Below are positions 50,463 to 63,081 of a DNA stretch of 64,000 nt, piece by piece. The DNA comes from Octopus sinensis (lineage: Eukaryota). The notes under the pieces are model-generated. The model was not told the origin of the DNA, did no database searches, and was given only the letters and a program-made list of their open reading frames with translations. The position numbers and the translations under genes are program-made. Numbering within the stretch: position 1 is the first letter of the stretch; every line of letters begins with the position of its first letter. Where the stretch lies: NCBI RefSeq assembly GCF_006345805.1, contig NW_021834249.1:13146-77145 (forward strand), read 5' to 3'.

Positions 50463-50950
50463 GTTCCATGCTGGCATGGGTTGTGTGGTTTGACAGGGTC
50501 AGATAAGCGGCCCAAGTACTGCATCATGTGTCACTGTCACGTTGTCATGGTGTTTACAGCCAGATCTCCTTCCTATTTTACTGTGTGTAACGAGTGCTTT
50601 TTTTTTATGCCACCAGTTCCAGAGAGATTACCATGCAACTTGCAAGACCATGACCCCTGAGAGAGGTGGCTTTATGCTTAGAGATAAGGGGCTGAAAATA
50701 TGAGAATAGGGGTCAGAGCAAAACAGAGTTCTTGCTGTAGAGAGGTTACAAGGTTACTAACATCTTAGAAGGAGGTGTGGGAGTGATTGGTGTGAGACTG
50801 GGAAGAGATAAAAATAACGGAAATTCAGTGTTTGGGTGGATGCCTCAAGGAACATTATCTCTGGTATAGGAGAAAGTGAATAAAATATTCACTGAATAAA
50901 ACCATGCCCCACACTATTGGAATTCATGCTGGCTGTGGGTGGGATGAATT

Positions 50951-51004
<54 letters not shown>

Positions 51005-51154
51005 TTATTGTATTTTTAACACAGTAAGTACATAACAGATGTTATCTCAGGACAATACTGCTGTAACTGGCCTAACTGGTGTATATACATTAAGTATGTT
51101 ACATCAATGGCTATTTTAATCCAAGTACCAAATATATATATTTATATATATATG

Positions 51155-51540
51155 TATATTTAGGGCTAAAAACCACTATGTGGATAGCCATATGCTAGAA
51201 GTAGATCACATACGATCTAACTACAAAGAAAGAATGTTCTCCAGAGAAAATTCAACGAACACCAGAACATAGGCGGGCAAGACAAATGAAAATTATATAA
51301 AAATCAAGAATTAATCGTATACCGGTTTCGTCTATCACCGAATAAATTACTTACGCAATCCTTCGTCCGTAGATTCATCAGTACAATCGTTCCAAAAACA
51401 ATATAATTTGTAAAACTAACCACTAGTTTTCTGTATAAAACCAGACACCTGCTTAGTTCTACCGATTACATTGGGGTTAATTTCAAATGTCTGAGTTAGC
51501 TCGGGCTAAAACTACACACCTTCACTAGTCAGTCAAGGTG
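51155..51540 (-). mobile_element. Non-coding Penelope pLTR-like segment ending in (TA)n
   Basis: Contains the HHR at 51307-51393 and abuts a TA-rich tract at 51130-51157. Boundaries are inferred. Confidence 0.5.
51307..51393 (-). ncRNA. Type I hammerhead ribozyme motif, canonical core, palindromic minimal stem III, long stem II
   Basis: GATTGTA-CTGATGA-ATCTA...TAGAC-GAAA-C(CG)G-T-A-TACGATT. Stem I 7 bp plus a GGAA/TTCT extension; ACCGGT palindrome; GUA triplet; predicted cleavage between 51320 and 51319; A10.1-C11.1 mismatch. Confidence 0.75.
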
Positions 51541-51546
51541 AGACAG

Positions 51547-52020
51547 TGTCACGTGACAACTTGCTGGGGCTGCCTGCTGGAGCCTATGCAGCAGGTATTT
51601 AAAGGGAGAAATTTGACAAGACAGTCAGTCACCGGCTGACACTCGCTGACGATACATCGAAGAGGCCAGGGAACAGAAGAAAGAAGACATGCACCCAACA
51701 CCAGAGCTGAAGACACCTCCGAAAGGGGGGGGGCCCTGCCACATCAAAACGGTAGAGGAGTAGGGGCTGAAACCAGACATGGTTCCTCCTGATGATGTCT
51801 TGAGCTAACTGGATCCTATAAAGGAGCTGTTGTGGTAGCAGACCACGAAACACGGTTGTAATTCCTCCATGAATACCAACAGCAATGAGAGATGGAATAA
51901 GTTTGTTTTGACCAATCAAAAGCTTTGGTGCAAACAGACACAAGTTAATCCATGAAACTTTTAATTTAAACTTCACCATGTTTCACGGCTAAACTTAAAC
52001 TTTCGGCGTGGAACATGTCA
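51547..52020 (+). mobile_element. Solo-LTR-like segment (tentative)
   Basis: Starts TGTCACG and ends ...CA; TATTTAAA at 51596 and Inr-like TCAGTC at 51625; GC-richer than the flanks; no clean TSD. Confidence 0.3.
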
Positions 52021-52699
52021 AGGGTTTCAACTAATGTTATATGCTTACCAAAGTTATTAAATCTTCAAAAATAATCCTTTGATTTATTATGATGGCAACA
52101 GGGATGGTAGTGGTAGTGGTGGTGGTGGTGGTGGTAGTGGTGGTGGTGGTAGTTGTGGTGGTGGTGGGGTTAATATTGCCTAAATAATATAAAGGATAAT
52201 TGTAGACTAGCACTTTCTGGATTACGTCCAGGCTAAATGCTTCAAAGAAGCAGAGGTGGATAGAGGTGAAATCCCCCACCACTGGTATTAGCCCCTGCAC
52301 CATCACCACAAGTACCGCTACCACAACCAACATCACTACTACCACCACCGCCACTAGCACCTCCATGGACATCATCACCACCAAAAACAACAAAAATATT
52401 ACTAGCTCCACAACTGCTACCACCACTGCTACTAGCACTCCCACCACAACCACTTATTTGCATTTTTGATAATTCCCACTTCATCTATTATCGCTAATTA
52501 CCAAATGGGTTCCCAAAACACTATCACCAACATCATCCTCCTTCACGCCCACAAAACCATCATCATCAGCAGCAGCAGCAGCACCACTATTACCAACACA
52601 ATCATAAACACAAACACAACTGCATCGTCATCACTCTCACCACCATCTTCATAACCACCTCTTTCAGTTTAACACTTATAGTTATTCTTGTTGTTGCTG

Positions 52700-53640
52700 C
52701 TGTTGTTGTTGCTGTTGTTGTTTTTATTGTTGACCGATGGTGAGAATGGCCCTTGATCATTTCTTTAAAGCAAAGCACAAAGGTTGCATTGTCAGAGCCA
52801 AGGCATGTGCACTGAAACAGGAAGGAACTAAAGCTGTCCAATGGACCTGAAAGGTGGAAAGACAATGTGGAAACAACCACAACCAGGTCTTAGATGGATT
52901 GGAACAGGCAGATGTGTATGGCTTTTCAGCAGCACTTTGCACAGCTGTTTGGAGAGGGCGATGGGTCAATGATGGGACTGGACATTAGTTCATACCTGGA
53001 TGGCTTGCCACAGCTCTCAGCAGTTGATGCAAGGTTATGTGAAAGGCTGATGACAGCTGCTGAAATTTGGGAGGTAATGAGTGATTGCACAAGTCACAGA
53101 TCACCCAGTTTGGATGGTCTGCCCAATGAATTCTATGTATTCATGCCAGATTTGTTTGGCAACCTCTTGGCAGACATCTTCTGCAACTGGCAACAGAACA
53201 AGAGAATTCCTAGGTGCTGTTAGCAGAGGTGTGGTGACACTACTTAGGAAGGACACCAACAACGGAAATGTACTAGAGAATTTTTCAGCCCATAACTCCT
53301 CTAAACACAGAGTTTAAGATTTTATCCAAGGTGTTAGCGAAAAGGCTGGCACTTGTTGTCTGTAGACTGGTTGGAGAAGCACAAACGTGCACAAACACAA
53401 GCAGGTCAATCCATGACAACCTCCACCTTATGTGATACATCATAGAAGAGCTTGGACCAAAGCTGGCTTCAGGGGTTCTCTGATCAATCCAATCGAAAGC
53501 ATTCAATAGGGTTGATCATTGCTACTTGGAAGCCATCCTGAAAGCAAGCAGTTTCAGACCTGTTTTCAGTGGTTGGATTGCTGAGATGCACAGCACCACC
53601 TGTTCAGTGGTCAAAGGGAATGGTTATCTTTTGGAACCAC
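52700..53640 (+). mobile_element. Tx1/L1-clade LINE RT fragment (decayed)
   Basis: RSPSLDGLPNEFY, GVVTLLRK..N....NF.PITLLNTEFKILSKVLAKRL, GRS-like IHDNLHL and KAFNRVDH motifs (RT domains 0-3). Confidence 0.9.
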
Positions 53641-53697
53641 TGTTGCTCACACCCAGGTCTTACACCTATAGTAGAATGGATTATTATTATTGTTATT

Positions 53698-54200
53698 GAG
53701 TGCATACCATCAAAGTAACACTGGGGTTCTAATACACAAAGCCTGTATACCCATCATGACGACTCATCTGATAAGGGTATTCCAGGCATATGCATCACAA
53801 CCATATGTGCACAACATGGTGATCTCATATCGTGATAAACCCCGCATGACCTTGCAGGAGGGGTCCAGTTAGGATTTTCTTCATGTCGAGTTATCCATCC
53901 CGCTCAAAATGTCCCTGAACAAGGTTTGTTTAAGGATGATGAACGAAACACCCATGTTTCCAGAGGTGATTTATTCAACCCCCAAAGAATCCCTCTCAAC
54001 ACACGGGTATGATGCTCCCCCACAACTTCTACTCATGATTAGAGATGCACATATCATCAGCCACCAAGGGACATGCTCAACTGGTTAAGATCAAACAACT
54101 GACAAATAAATCTGTGGTATTGAGCAGAATATTTGCTGTAGCCCATCTTTTATACCAAGACAAAACAATGTACATGATAACACTTCCAATCAGTTAAGAT
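53698..54200 (-). mobile_element. Family F element, copy 1 (5'-truncated), in (AAT)n
   Basis: Colinear with 54232-54786; lacks about the first 50 bp of the minus strand. Confidence 0.8.
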
Positions 54201-54231
54201 GATTATTATTATTATTATTATTATTATTATT

Positions 54232-54786
54232 GAGTGAGAGAGCAGTTCATGCCATCAAAGTGACACTGGGGTAAAATATACGAAGCCCAATATACCCATC
54301 ATGACTACCCGTCTGATAAAGGTACACCAGGCACATGCATCACAACCATATGTGCGCGACATGGTGATCTCATATCAAGATAAACAGCACATGACCTTGC
54401 AGGTGGGGCCCAGTTAGAATTTTCTTCAGGTTGAGTAGCCCATCCTGCTCAAAAGGTCCCTGAATAAGGGTTGCTTTAGGATGTTGAACGAAACACCTAT
54501 GTTTCCAGAGGTGAATTATTCAAACCCCAAAGAATCCCTCTCAACACATGGCCATGATGCTCCCCCACTACTTCTGCTCGTGATCAGAGATGCACATATC
54601 GTCAGCCACTAAGGGACATGCTCAACTGGTTAAGGCCAAACAACTGACAAGCAATCTGTGGTATTGAGCAGAATATTTGCTGTAGCCCATCTTTTATACC
54701 AAGACAAAACAATGTACATGATAACACTTCCAATCAGTTAAAATCAGAAGCCATGAGAGCCACTGCCTGGTACTGCATCAGGGCAT
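54232..54786 (-). mobile_element. Family F element, copy 2 (apparently full length, 555 bp), (AAT)n on both sides
   Basis: (att)n-gagtgagagagcag...ggtactgcatcagggca-(ttt att)n; no TIR, no tRNA head, no recognisable ORF. Confidence 0.8.
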
Positions 54787-55401
54787 TTATTATTATTATC
54801 ATTATTATTATTATAATTATTATTATTTCGTCCTGTGTTATGTCCCTTTATGTTTTAATTGATTTTTGTTAGTCCTTGTGGCCAATAAATGAATTAATTA
54901 TTATTATTATTATTATTATTAGATTATTATTATTATTATTATTATTATTATCCCCATCACCATCATCAACATATTTTACTACTACTACTACTACTGCTAC
55001 TACTGCTGCTACTGATACTACTACAACTCTTCCACCCACTTTTTATTACCTGTCAGTAATGTTTTTACCTTTTTACCTTCAGCGGGGCCCTTGTCACCCA
55101 ATACCCTCCACCACCCCATACCCCACACAAATGTCCTTCCAGTGATGTCGACCTTTCTAATGGAAGAATAATGGTATTTTATAGAAACATTGTACGTGGC
55201 ATCCATTTTCTTGTCAGGTTCACAGAACAATCAATCGCTTAATACTAAATTGCATTATGGGCACATGGATGGATAGGAGTGTGTGTGTGTGTATAAATAT
55301 TTTTTCAGAACACACACACACACCACACATATTTACATCTACATGTATATATATATATATATATATTTACATATATGTGTGTGTGTGTGTGTGTGTATGT
55401 G

Positions 55402-55437
<36 letters not shown>

Positions 55438-55509
55438 TATATATATACACACACATATATATATACATATACATATATATATGTATATATATATACATAT
55501 ATATATATA

Positions 55510-55550
<41 letters not shown>

Positions 55551-55684
55551 CACACAGATAGGTACATACATTTTATATACATATATATAGGTGTAACAAT
55601 ATATACAAAAATGCATTTTAAAAACTATGCATGTGTATATGAATATATCCATGAATACATATATATAAATATATAGATAAATAC

Positions 55685-55719
<35 letters not shown>

Positions 55720-55721
55720 TG

Positions 55722-55835
<114 letters not shown>

Positions 55836-55842
55836 CTATATA

Positions 55843-55960
<118 letters not shown>

Positions 55961-56889
55961 CTAAGTATGCATGCTGAAACTGATGGTAGCACAACTGTTG
56001 CAGTCGATGATGCTGTTGCTGCTATTAACGATGATGATAATAATAATGACAGTGACAATGACGATGACAATAATGATAATGGTGTTGGCGGCGGCGGCGG
56101 CGGTGGTCGTGGTCGTGGCGGTGGTGGTGATGCCCTGTTAAAAGCTGTGTGTTTACATCAAGTCCAATAATCTGTCAGTTGCTAAAACGTTTGTTGAAAT
56201 ATTTTCACTAAGGATTTCTTTGGCTCTCTCTCTCTCTGTATATTTTGATGGGGGTTGTCGGTGTGGTGTGGTGTGGGTCACCGTAGTGCAGTAGTGCTTT
56301 GGTGGACAAGAAGGAAGGACAGGTTATTTTTAAAAGTGTTCCAGAAAGAAAATTTTGTCAGAAGACAACTCAACAGCTCTCATCTAAATAAATACTTTAT
56401 GGCAGAAGGTGGGAGGCTGAATGGAGCGGGGGTGGGGGGGTTGAGGTGAAGGTGGTGCCATGAGGTGGATGGATGATGTGTTTGCTGAGATGATGGTGGG
56501 CTGCAGGGTAAAGTGGTTAAGGAGATTTGGGAAGAAACAACGGTCCTAGGCCTTAGAAAATTGCAAAGAGCTGGTACTTTCCCCTACTTACGCATCCGTC
56601 CTCACCCCTCTTTCATTTCACCAATTTCTCTCTTCCTCTGACATCTCCATCTCTGCTTTTTGATTTTGTTTGCAACAGTTTGATCCATAATAGATAAAAG
56701 TTCAATCCTTGAAATTTCTTCTCAGTGTTTCCATTTCCTTCTTTGATTTTTCATTGGTCCTAGCTTTCATCATTCAATTTCTTCCCTTCTTTTTTTTCCC
56801 TTGCTTCTTTTCCATTTTTCTTTCTTTTATTCCTTTTCCTGTTTTTGTTTTAGTTTTTTTTATTTTCTACTATCTTTCCTTTGTTGTTG

Positions 56890-57124
56890 TTGTTGTTCTT
56901 CTTCTTCTTCTTCTTCTTCTCTTCTTCTCTTCTTCTTCTTCTTCTTCTTCTTCTTCTTCTCTTCTTCTTCTTCTTCTTCTTCTTCTTCTTCTTCTCTTCT
57001 TCTTCTCCTCATCCTCCTCCTCCTCATCCTCATCCTCCTCCTCATCCTCATCCTCCTCATCCTCCTCATCCTCATCCTCCTCATCCTCATCCTCCTCATC
57101 CTCCTCATCCTTCTTCTCCTTCTT

Positions 57125-57155
<31 letters not shown>

Positions 57156-57176
57156 TTATTATTATTATTATTATTA
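56890..57176. repeat. (CTT)n/(CCTCAT)n/(ATT)n compound microsatellite
   Basis: Direct reading. Confidence 0.95.
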
Positions 57177-57413
57177 AGGCAGTTTGGTGGCAGAATTGTT
57201 AGCACATTGGATGAAGTACTTAGCAGTATTTCATCTGTAGCTACATTTGTAGTTCAAATTCCACTGAGGTCTATTTTGCTTTCTATTCTTTTAGGGTCAG
57301 TTAATTAAGTACCAGTGAAACACTGCGGTCGATGTAATCGACTAGTCCCCTCCCCAAAAATTTCAGGCCTTGTGCCTTTAATAAAAAGGAGTATTATTAT
57401 TATTATTATTATT
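57177..57413 (+). mobile_element. Family D (D2) SINE whose (ATT)n tail hosts family F copy 3
   Basis: aggcagtttggtggcagaattgttagc...ttcaggccttgtgcc...aaaggagtattattatt. Confidence 0.75.
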
Positions 57414-57906
57414 GAGTGAGAGAGCAGTGCATGCCATCAAAGTGACACTGAGGTAAAATATATGAAGCCCAATATAGCCATCATAACTACCTGTCTGATA
57501 AGGGTACACCAGGCACATGCATCACAACTATATGTGCGTGATATAGTGATCTCATATCAAGCTAAACAGTGCATGACCTTGCAGGTGAGGCCCAGTTTAG
57601 AATTTTCTTCTGGTCGAGTGGCCCATACCACTCAAAAGGTCCCTGAATAAGGGTTGTTTAAGGATGACAAACAAAACACCCATGTTTCCAGAGATGAATT
57701 ACTCAAGCCCCAAAGAATTCCTTTCGACACATGGCTATGATGTTCCTCCACTACTTCTGCTCGTGGTCAGAGATGCACATATCATCAGCCACTAAGGGAC
57801 ATGCTCAACTGGTTGAGGTCAGACAAATGACAAGCAAATCTGTGGTATTGAGCAAAATATTTGCTGCTGCCTACCTTTTATACCAAGACAAAGCAATGTA
57901 CATGAT
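57414..57906 (-). mobile_element. Family F element, copy 3 (5'-truncated)
   Basis: Colinear with 54232-54786; the shared end is the gagtgagagagcag end. Confidence 0.8.
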
Positions 57907-58019
57907 AATAAATCTAAGACAAAGTAGTGGGTGGGCTGAGGGTGGAGGTAGGATCAGATAGTTTGAAATATTGGCATTCACCAATATATATGAGAAAATG
58001 AGGTAAGGTAGTGGCAGGG

Positions 58020-58340
58020 GTAATGGTGGTGGTGGTGGTGGTGTGGTTGGTGGTGGTGGTGGTGGTGGTGGTGGTGGTGGTCGTGGTCGTGGTCGTGGTG
58101 GTGGTGGTGGTCGTGGTGGTGGTGGTCATGGTCGTGGTCGTAGTGGTGGTCGTGGTGGTCGTGGTCGTGGTGGTCGTGGTCGTGGTCGTGGTCGTGGTGG
58201 TCGTCGTAGTGGTGGTCATGGTCGTGGTCGTGGTGGTCGTAGTGGTGGTGGTGGTGGTGGTGGTCGTGGTGGTCATGGTGGTCGTGGTGGTCGTGGTGGT
58301 CGTGGTGGTCGTGGTGGTGGTAATGGTGGTGGTGGTGATG
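58020..58340. repeat. (GGT/CGT)n microsatellite
   Basis: Direct reading. Confidence 0.95.
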
Positions 58341-59974
58341 GTGATGTGTAGTTGACTGTCCCACAAATTTGTCTGAGAGACAATAGAATGTGTTGAACAT
58401 GGAGTATCCATACGGTTCTTTGAACCTGCTAGAAACCACATCCACTCAGCTTAAGAATACAATATTTTACTAACATCTTCATTATCTGCAAAATTTATTG
58501 AAGCAAAGGCTGTGTATTTCAGCAAGAATGTGGCAACAAAAGAGTTAAAGTGCATTAATTGTGGCGCTGGGGTCCTGTCAAGGGTTGTATTTCTATAACC
58601 AGAGTTGACAGGGATTAAGAAGGGGGTGGAAATACAACACATATTTGTTGAATAACGTGATCCTATATTCCCTACAGTACAAGAATATAGATGGGATGGG
58701 ATGGTCATGACTGGAATGTCTTTGGTCATAGGTCTAACTTAAACAGGAGTTGACCTGGAATGGATGTGAATTAAATAACAACAACATCAATGACAATATC
58801 TTCACATTCTCACCAACATTCCGGAATCTACTTTTCCCTCCCCACCTCCTTCTCCTCCTCTCATATCCACCAACTTTCTTCACACACACCCATCCACCCA
58901 CCTGCCTCCCAGTTTACTTAAATTTCCAATTTAGCACCAAAAAGACACTGAAACATAGGGGGCACTGTGTGCAGTAGTGTAGCGTGTCTTGTCGTGTCAC
59001 TAAGTTTCAGTTACAAACCCAACTCAGAACTGACCCTCCAACATCTAAGAACCTCATCTTCTTCTTCATTTCAGTTTTTGTAATTCTTGTTATTATTATT
59101 ATTTTTGTTGTTGTTGTTGTTGTTGTCATTTTTATCATTGTTGTTGCTATTTTTGTTGTAGTGATTATTATAATCATCATCATCATCATCATCATCACTA
59201 TTATCATCATTATTATGTTCATTTTATTCTCACTCGATTTTCTGTAGACCCCTCCCCCCCCCCACACACACACACAAATTGTAATCTACCTTTGTAATGT
59301 CAGCCACTTTGGACACCCCTGTGGCAAATAAAAAAAAAATCATCCACACCATCATTATCATTATTATCATCACCACCACCACCACCACCATCATCACCAT
59401 TGACATTATCATCCCCATAATCATAACCACCACTACCACCACCACCACCACCACCACCACCACCACCACCACCACCATTACCATCATCATTATTATGGTT
59501 GTTGCTAAAAGTATGTGTGTGTGTGTGTGTGTTTGAGCATATTTGTGTATGTGTGTGCATGTGTGTAACTGTTCAAGAACAGAACCTGTAGGCAGAGGGT
59601 GGTTGGAGTACTTTGCAAAACCATTTTTTGTGTTTTTTTGTGTATTTTTTAAATCTATTTTTTAAAGGGTTCTGACCCCTTGAAATAAGAAACTCAGTGT
59701 TTTTAAGTAAGCCAAGAAATTGTCAAAACATTTAGAGTAACTTAATCCCCATGCAGCCAGTGCAAGAAAGAAAAAGAGGGAAACATCCAAATTTCAGGGG
59801 GGATTTTTTTTGTTTTTTTTTACTTTTTGCTTTTCATTTTATTTATTTATTTATTTATTTATAGATTTGTGTTGATTTTTATTTAACATCTACTTTTTTA
59901 TCTTTGCATGGGTGGTTGTGGTATTGGATATATATTATTATTACTATTGTTGTTATTGTTATTATTGTTATTAA

Positions 59975-60375
59975 CACGGTGAGCTGGCAGAATCGTTAGC
60001 ATGCTGGGCAAAATACTTTGCGGTATTTCGTCTGTCATCACATTCCGAGTTCAAATTCTGCTGAGGTTGACTTTGCCTTTCATCCTTTTGGGGGTTGATA
60101 AAATAAGTACCAGCTGAGTACTGGGGTCAATGTAATCGACTGTCCCCCCCTCCTCCAAATTTTAGGCCTTGCGCCTATAGTAGAAAGAATCCACATCAAT
60201 GGAAATTGCAGCTGTGATACCAGTGCCGGTGGCACGTAAAAAGCACCATCCAACCGTGGCCGTTTGCCAGCTCAGTCTGGCACCTGTGCCGGTGGCAAGT
60301 AAAAAGCACCCACTACACTCTCGGAGTGGTTGGTGTTAGGAAAGGCATCCAGCTGTAGAAACATTGCCAGATCAG
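59975..60375 (+). mobile_element. Family D2 SINE (59975-60190) followed by a family E fragment (60190-60375)
   Basis: Both motif sets are present in tandem. Confidence 0.8.
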
Positions 60376-60624
60376 ACTTTCGTCCATCTTTACATTCTGA
60401 GTTCAAATTCTGTCACAATTAGTTTTGTCTTTCGTCCTCTTGAGGTCAATGTACTAGAGTTGATGTCATTGACTAAAATCCTCAGGCCTTATGCTATTAG
60501 CAGAAAGGATTATTATTATTATTATTATTGGTAAGGTGCTGAGCTGGCAAGATTGCTGAATTGGGCAAAATACTTGTGGCTCTTCCAATCAAATGGACAA
60601 TGCACATTTTTATGCATATATATC

Positions 60625-60656
<32 letters not shown>

Positions 60657-60676
60657 TATATAGAAAGAGAGAGAGG

Positions 60677-60710
<34 letters not shown>

Positions 60711-60712
<2 letters not shown>

Positions 60713-61829
60713 AACCTGCAGAGAAGCTTGGATTTGGTCATTCAACCATCCATCGACACTTGCATGCCATCGGAAAGGTCAGCAAATTGGGTTGATGGGG
60801 TCCTCACAAATTTTCCGAGTCTAATTGCATGCAAAGAGTGAATGTGTGCTCTTCTTTGTTGCCATGTCTCATGAATGAACCTTTTTTAGACTGAATAGTG
60901 ACTGGTGACGAGAAATGTGTTCTCTATAAAAATGTCAAGCCCCGAAGACAGTGCATAGGGAAAGGAGAAACACCGGCACTCCAGGCTAAAGAAGGTCTTC
61001 ACCCATGTAAGGTTATCTGTTTGGTGAGATATGAAAGGTTTAGTCCACTTTGAACTTTTGAAGTCAAATCAAATGATAACAAAAGAGATCTACTGGGAGC
61101 AGCTTGAGTGGCTTAAGTCAGCATTAGAAGAAAAAGGACCAATTTAAGTTTCAAGACGAAAGGTGTTCTTCCTTTAGGAAAATGCTTGGCCACATACAGT
61201 GAGGATGACATTCCAAAGGTTGGAGTAGTTTGAATGGGAAACAATGCCCCACCCACCGTATTCAGTGGACATTGCTCCATCTGATTATCATTTATTCTGA
61301 AGTCTTCAAAATCATTTGGACAGAAAAATATGAATTCTGTAGATGAGGTCAAAACAGTACTGGAAGAGTATTTTTCGTCACGGACAAGGGAAATTTGGAA
61401 GAGGGGCCTTGCAAATCTACTAGATAGATGGAAGAGCATTGTAGAAAATGAAGGAGAGTATATTTTAAATTAAAAAAGAACTTTATCTTAATTTTTCCAA
61501 ACGTGGCCGTTGCCAGCACCTCCCCGACTGGCCTCCATGCCGGTGGCACATAAAAAGCACATCCGATTGTGGCCGTTAGCCAGCCTCGTCTGGCACCAGT
61601 GCCGGTGGCACGTAAAAAGCACCCACTACACTCACGGAGTGGTTGGCGTTAGGAAGGGCATCCAGCTGTAGAAACACTGCCAGATCAGACTGGGCCTGGT
61701 GCAGCCTTCTGGTTTCCCAGACCCCAGTTGAACCGTCCAACCCATGTTAGCGTGGAAAACGGACGTTAAACGATGATGATGATGATGAAAAGAAGTATGT
61801 AAAACTGCATTATTTATGGGATGACCCGA
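60711..61829 (+). mobile_element. Mariner (DD34D-type) transposase remnant with 3' TIR; same family as 47403-48022
   Basis: EKLGFGHSTIHRHLHAIGKVSKLG, IVTGDEK (from 60895), WETMPHPPYSVDIAPSDYHLF, DRWKSIVENEGEYILN* (stop 61471-61473); TIR ...ttatgggatgacccga then TA at 61830-61831. Frameshifts and stops make it non-functional. Confidence 0.92.
61501..61787 (+). mobile_element. Family E retroposon inserted in the mariner 3' region
   Basis: The flanks rejoin to match the uninterrupted mariner end at 47420-47470. Confidence 0.88.
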
Positions 61830-61846
61830 TAATACACACACACACA

Positions 61847-61878
<32 letters not shown>

Positions 61879-62089
61879 TACACACACACACACTCATGTG
61901 GGGTGGGAGGCTTAGAACAAAGAAGGGGAAAACAACTCAGAACAGGAGAATATACTTTTTCCAATTTTATTTCAGCAGACAATTACAGAAGTCACACAAG
62001 GACCAAGATAGCTTTTATCTTTTCATTTTTTTTCAGCCATAGGACTAAAGCCATGCTGAGGCATTACCTTCAAGGGATTAGTTAACTCC

Positions 62090-62445
62090 AGTCCAGTACT
62101 TATCTTTTTAAAGGCTGGTATTTATTGTCAATCTCCCTTTTGCTGAACTGCTAAGTTTTTGGGGCATAAACAAACCAACACCAGTTGTCAAGCAGTGAAC
62201 TGGAGGACAAAGGCACAAACTTAATAATTCAGACACACACACACACACATACACACACACACACATACACACACACACACACACTATGTGCTTCTTTCAC
62301 TTTTTCCCAGCCAAATCCACTCACAAGGCTTGTGGATCCAGTTCAGGAGTATAGTAGAAAACACTTGCTTGAAGTGCTGAGCAGTGGGACTGAACCCAGA
62401 ACCATGTGATTGGGTAGCAAACTTCTTTCCACACAGCCATAATAT
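62090..62445 (-). mobile_element. Family C SINE (older, diverged), internal (CA)n
   Basis: ccaaatccactcacaaggct, gggactgaacccagaaccatgtg. Confidence 0.75.
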
Positions 62446-62539
62446 ATACGTATCGCATTGGTAAATATTATATAATATGCATACATACAAACACATATAA
62501 TGTATCTATATATTTGTGAACAAATATATATATATATAT

Positions 62540-62705
62540 AGGCGCAGGAGTGGCTGTGTGGTAAGTAGCTTGCTAACCAACCACATGGTTCCGGGTTCAG
62601 TCCCACTGCGTGGCATCTTGGGCAAGTGTCTTCTGCTATAGCCCCAGGCCAACCAATGCCTTGTGAGTGGATTTGGTAGACGGAAACTGAAAGAAGCCTG
62701 TCATG

Positions 62706-62743
<38 letters not shown>

Positions 62744-62960
62744 CGTGTTTGTGTGTCTGTGTTTGTCCCTCTAGCATTGCTTGACAACCGATGCTGGTGT
62801 GTTTACTGTCCCCGTCACTTAGCGGTTCGGCAAAAGATACCGATAGAATAAGTACTGGGCTTACAAAGAATAAGTCCCAGGGTCGATTTGCTCGACTAAA
62901 AGGCGGTGCTCCAGCATGGCCGCAGTCAAATGACTGAAACAAGTAAAAGAGTAAAAGAGT
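62540..62960 (+). mobile_element. Family C SINE, full length, internal (TA)n of about 28 bp, inserted in (TA)n
   Basis: Near-identical to 46302 and 48946. Confidence 0.92.
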
Positions 62961-63026
62961 ATATATATATATTCATATGTATGTGTGTGTATGCATATAA
63001 GCATGCATTCATATGTATATGTGCAC

Positions 63027-63060
<34 letters not shown>

Positions 63061-63081
63061 TATAAGCCTGTACACACATAC

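Noticed and set aside
51707-51860. CTGAAGA (51707) and CTGATGA (51789) with nearby GAAA on the plus strand
   Set aside because: Stem I and the cleavage triplet cannot be formed in register.
54590-54615. Minus-strand CTGA(C/T)GA in all three family F copies
   Set aside because: No paired stem II ending in GAAA was found, so family F is not counted as an HHR element.
58451-58729. 92-aa ORF / 197-bp exon-like segment (58475-58671, minus strand)
   Set aside because: Its start derives from a short dispersed repeat (also seen near 29200-29250), and the peptide has no recognisable features.
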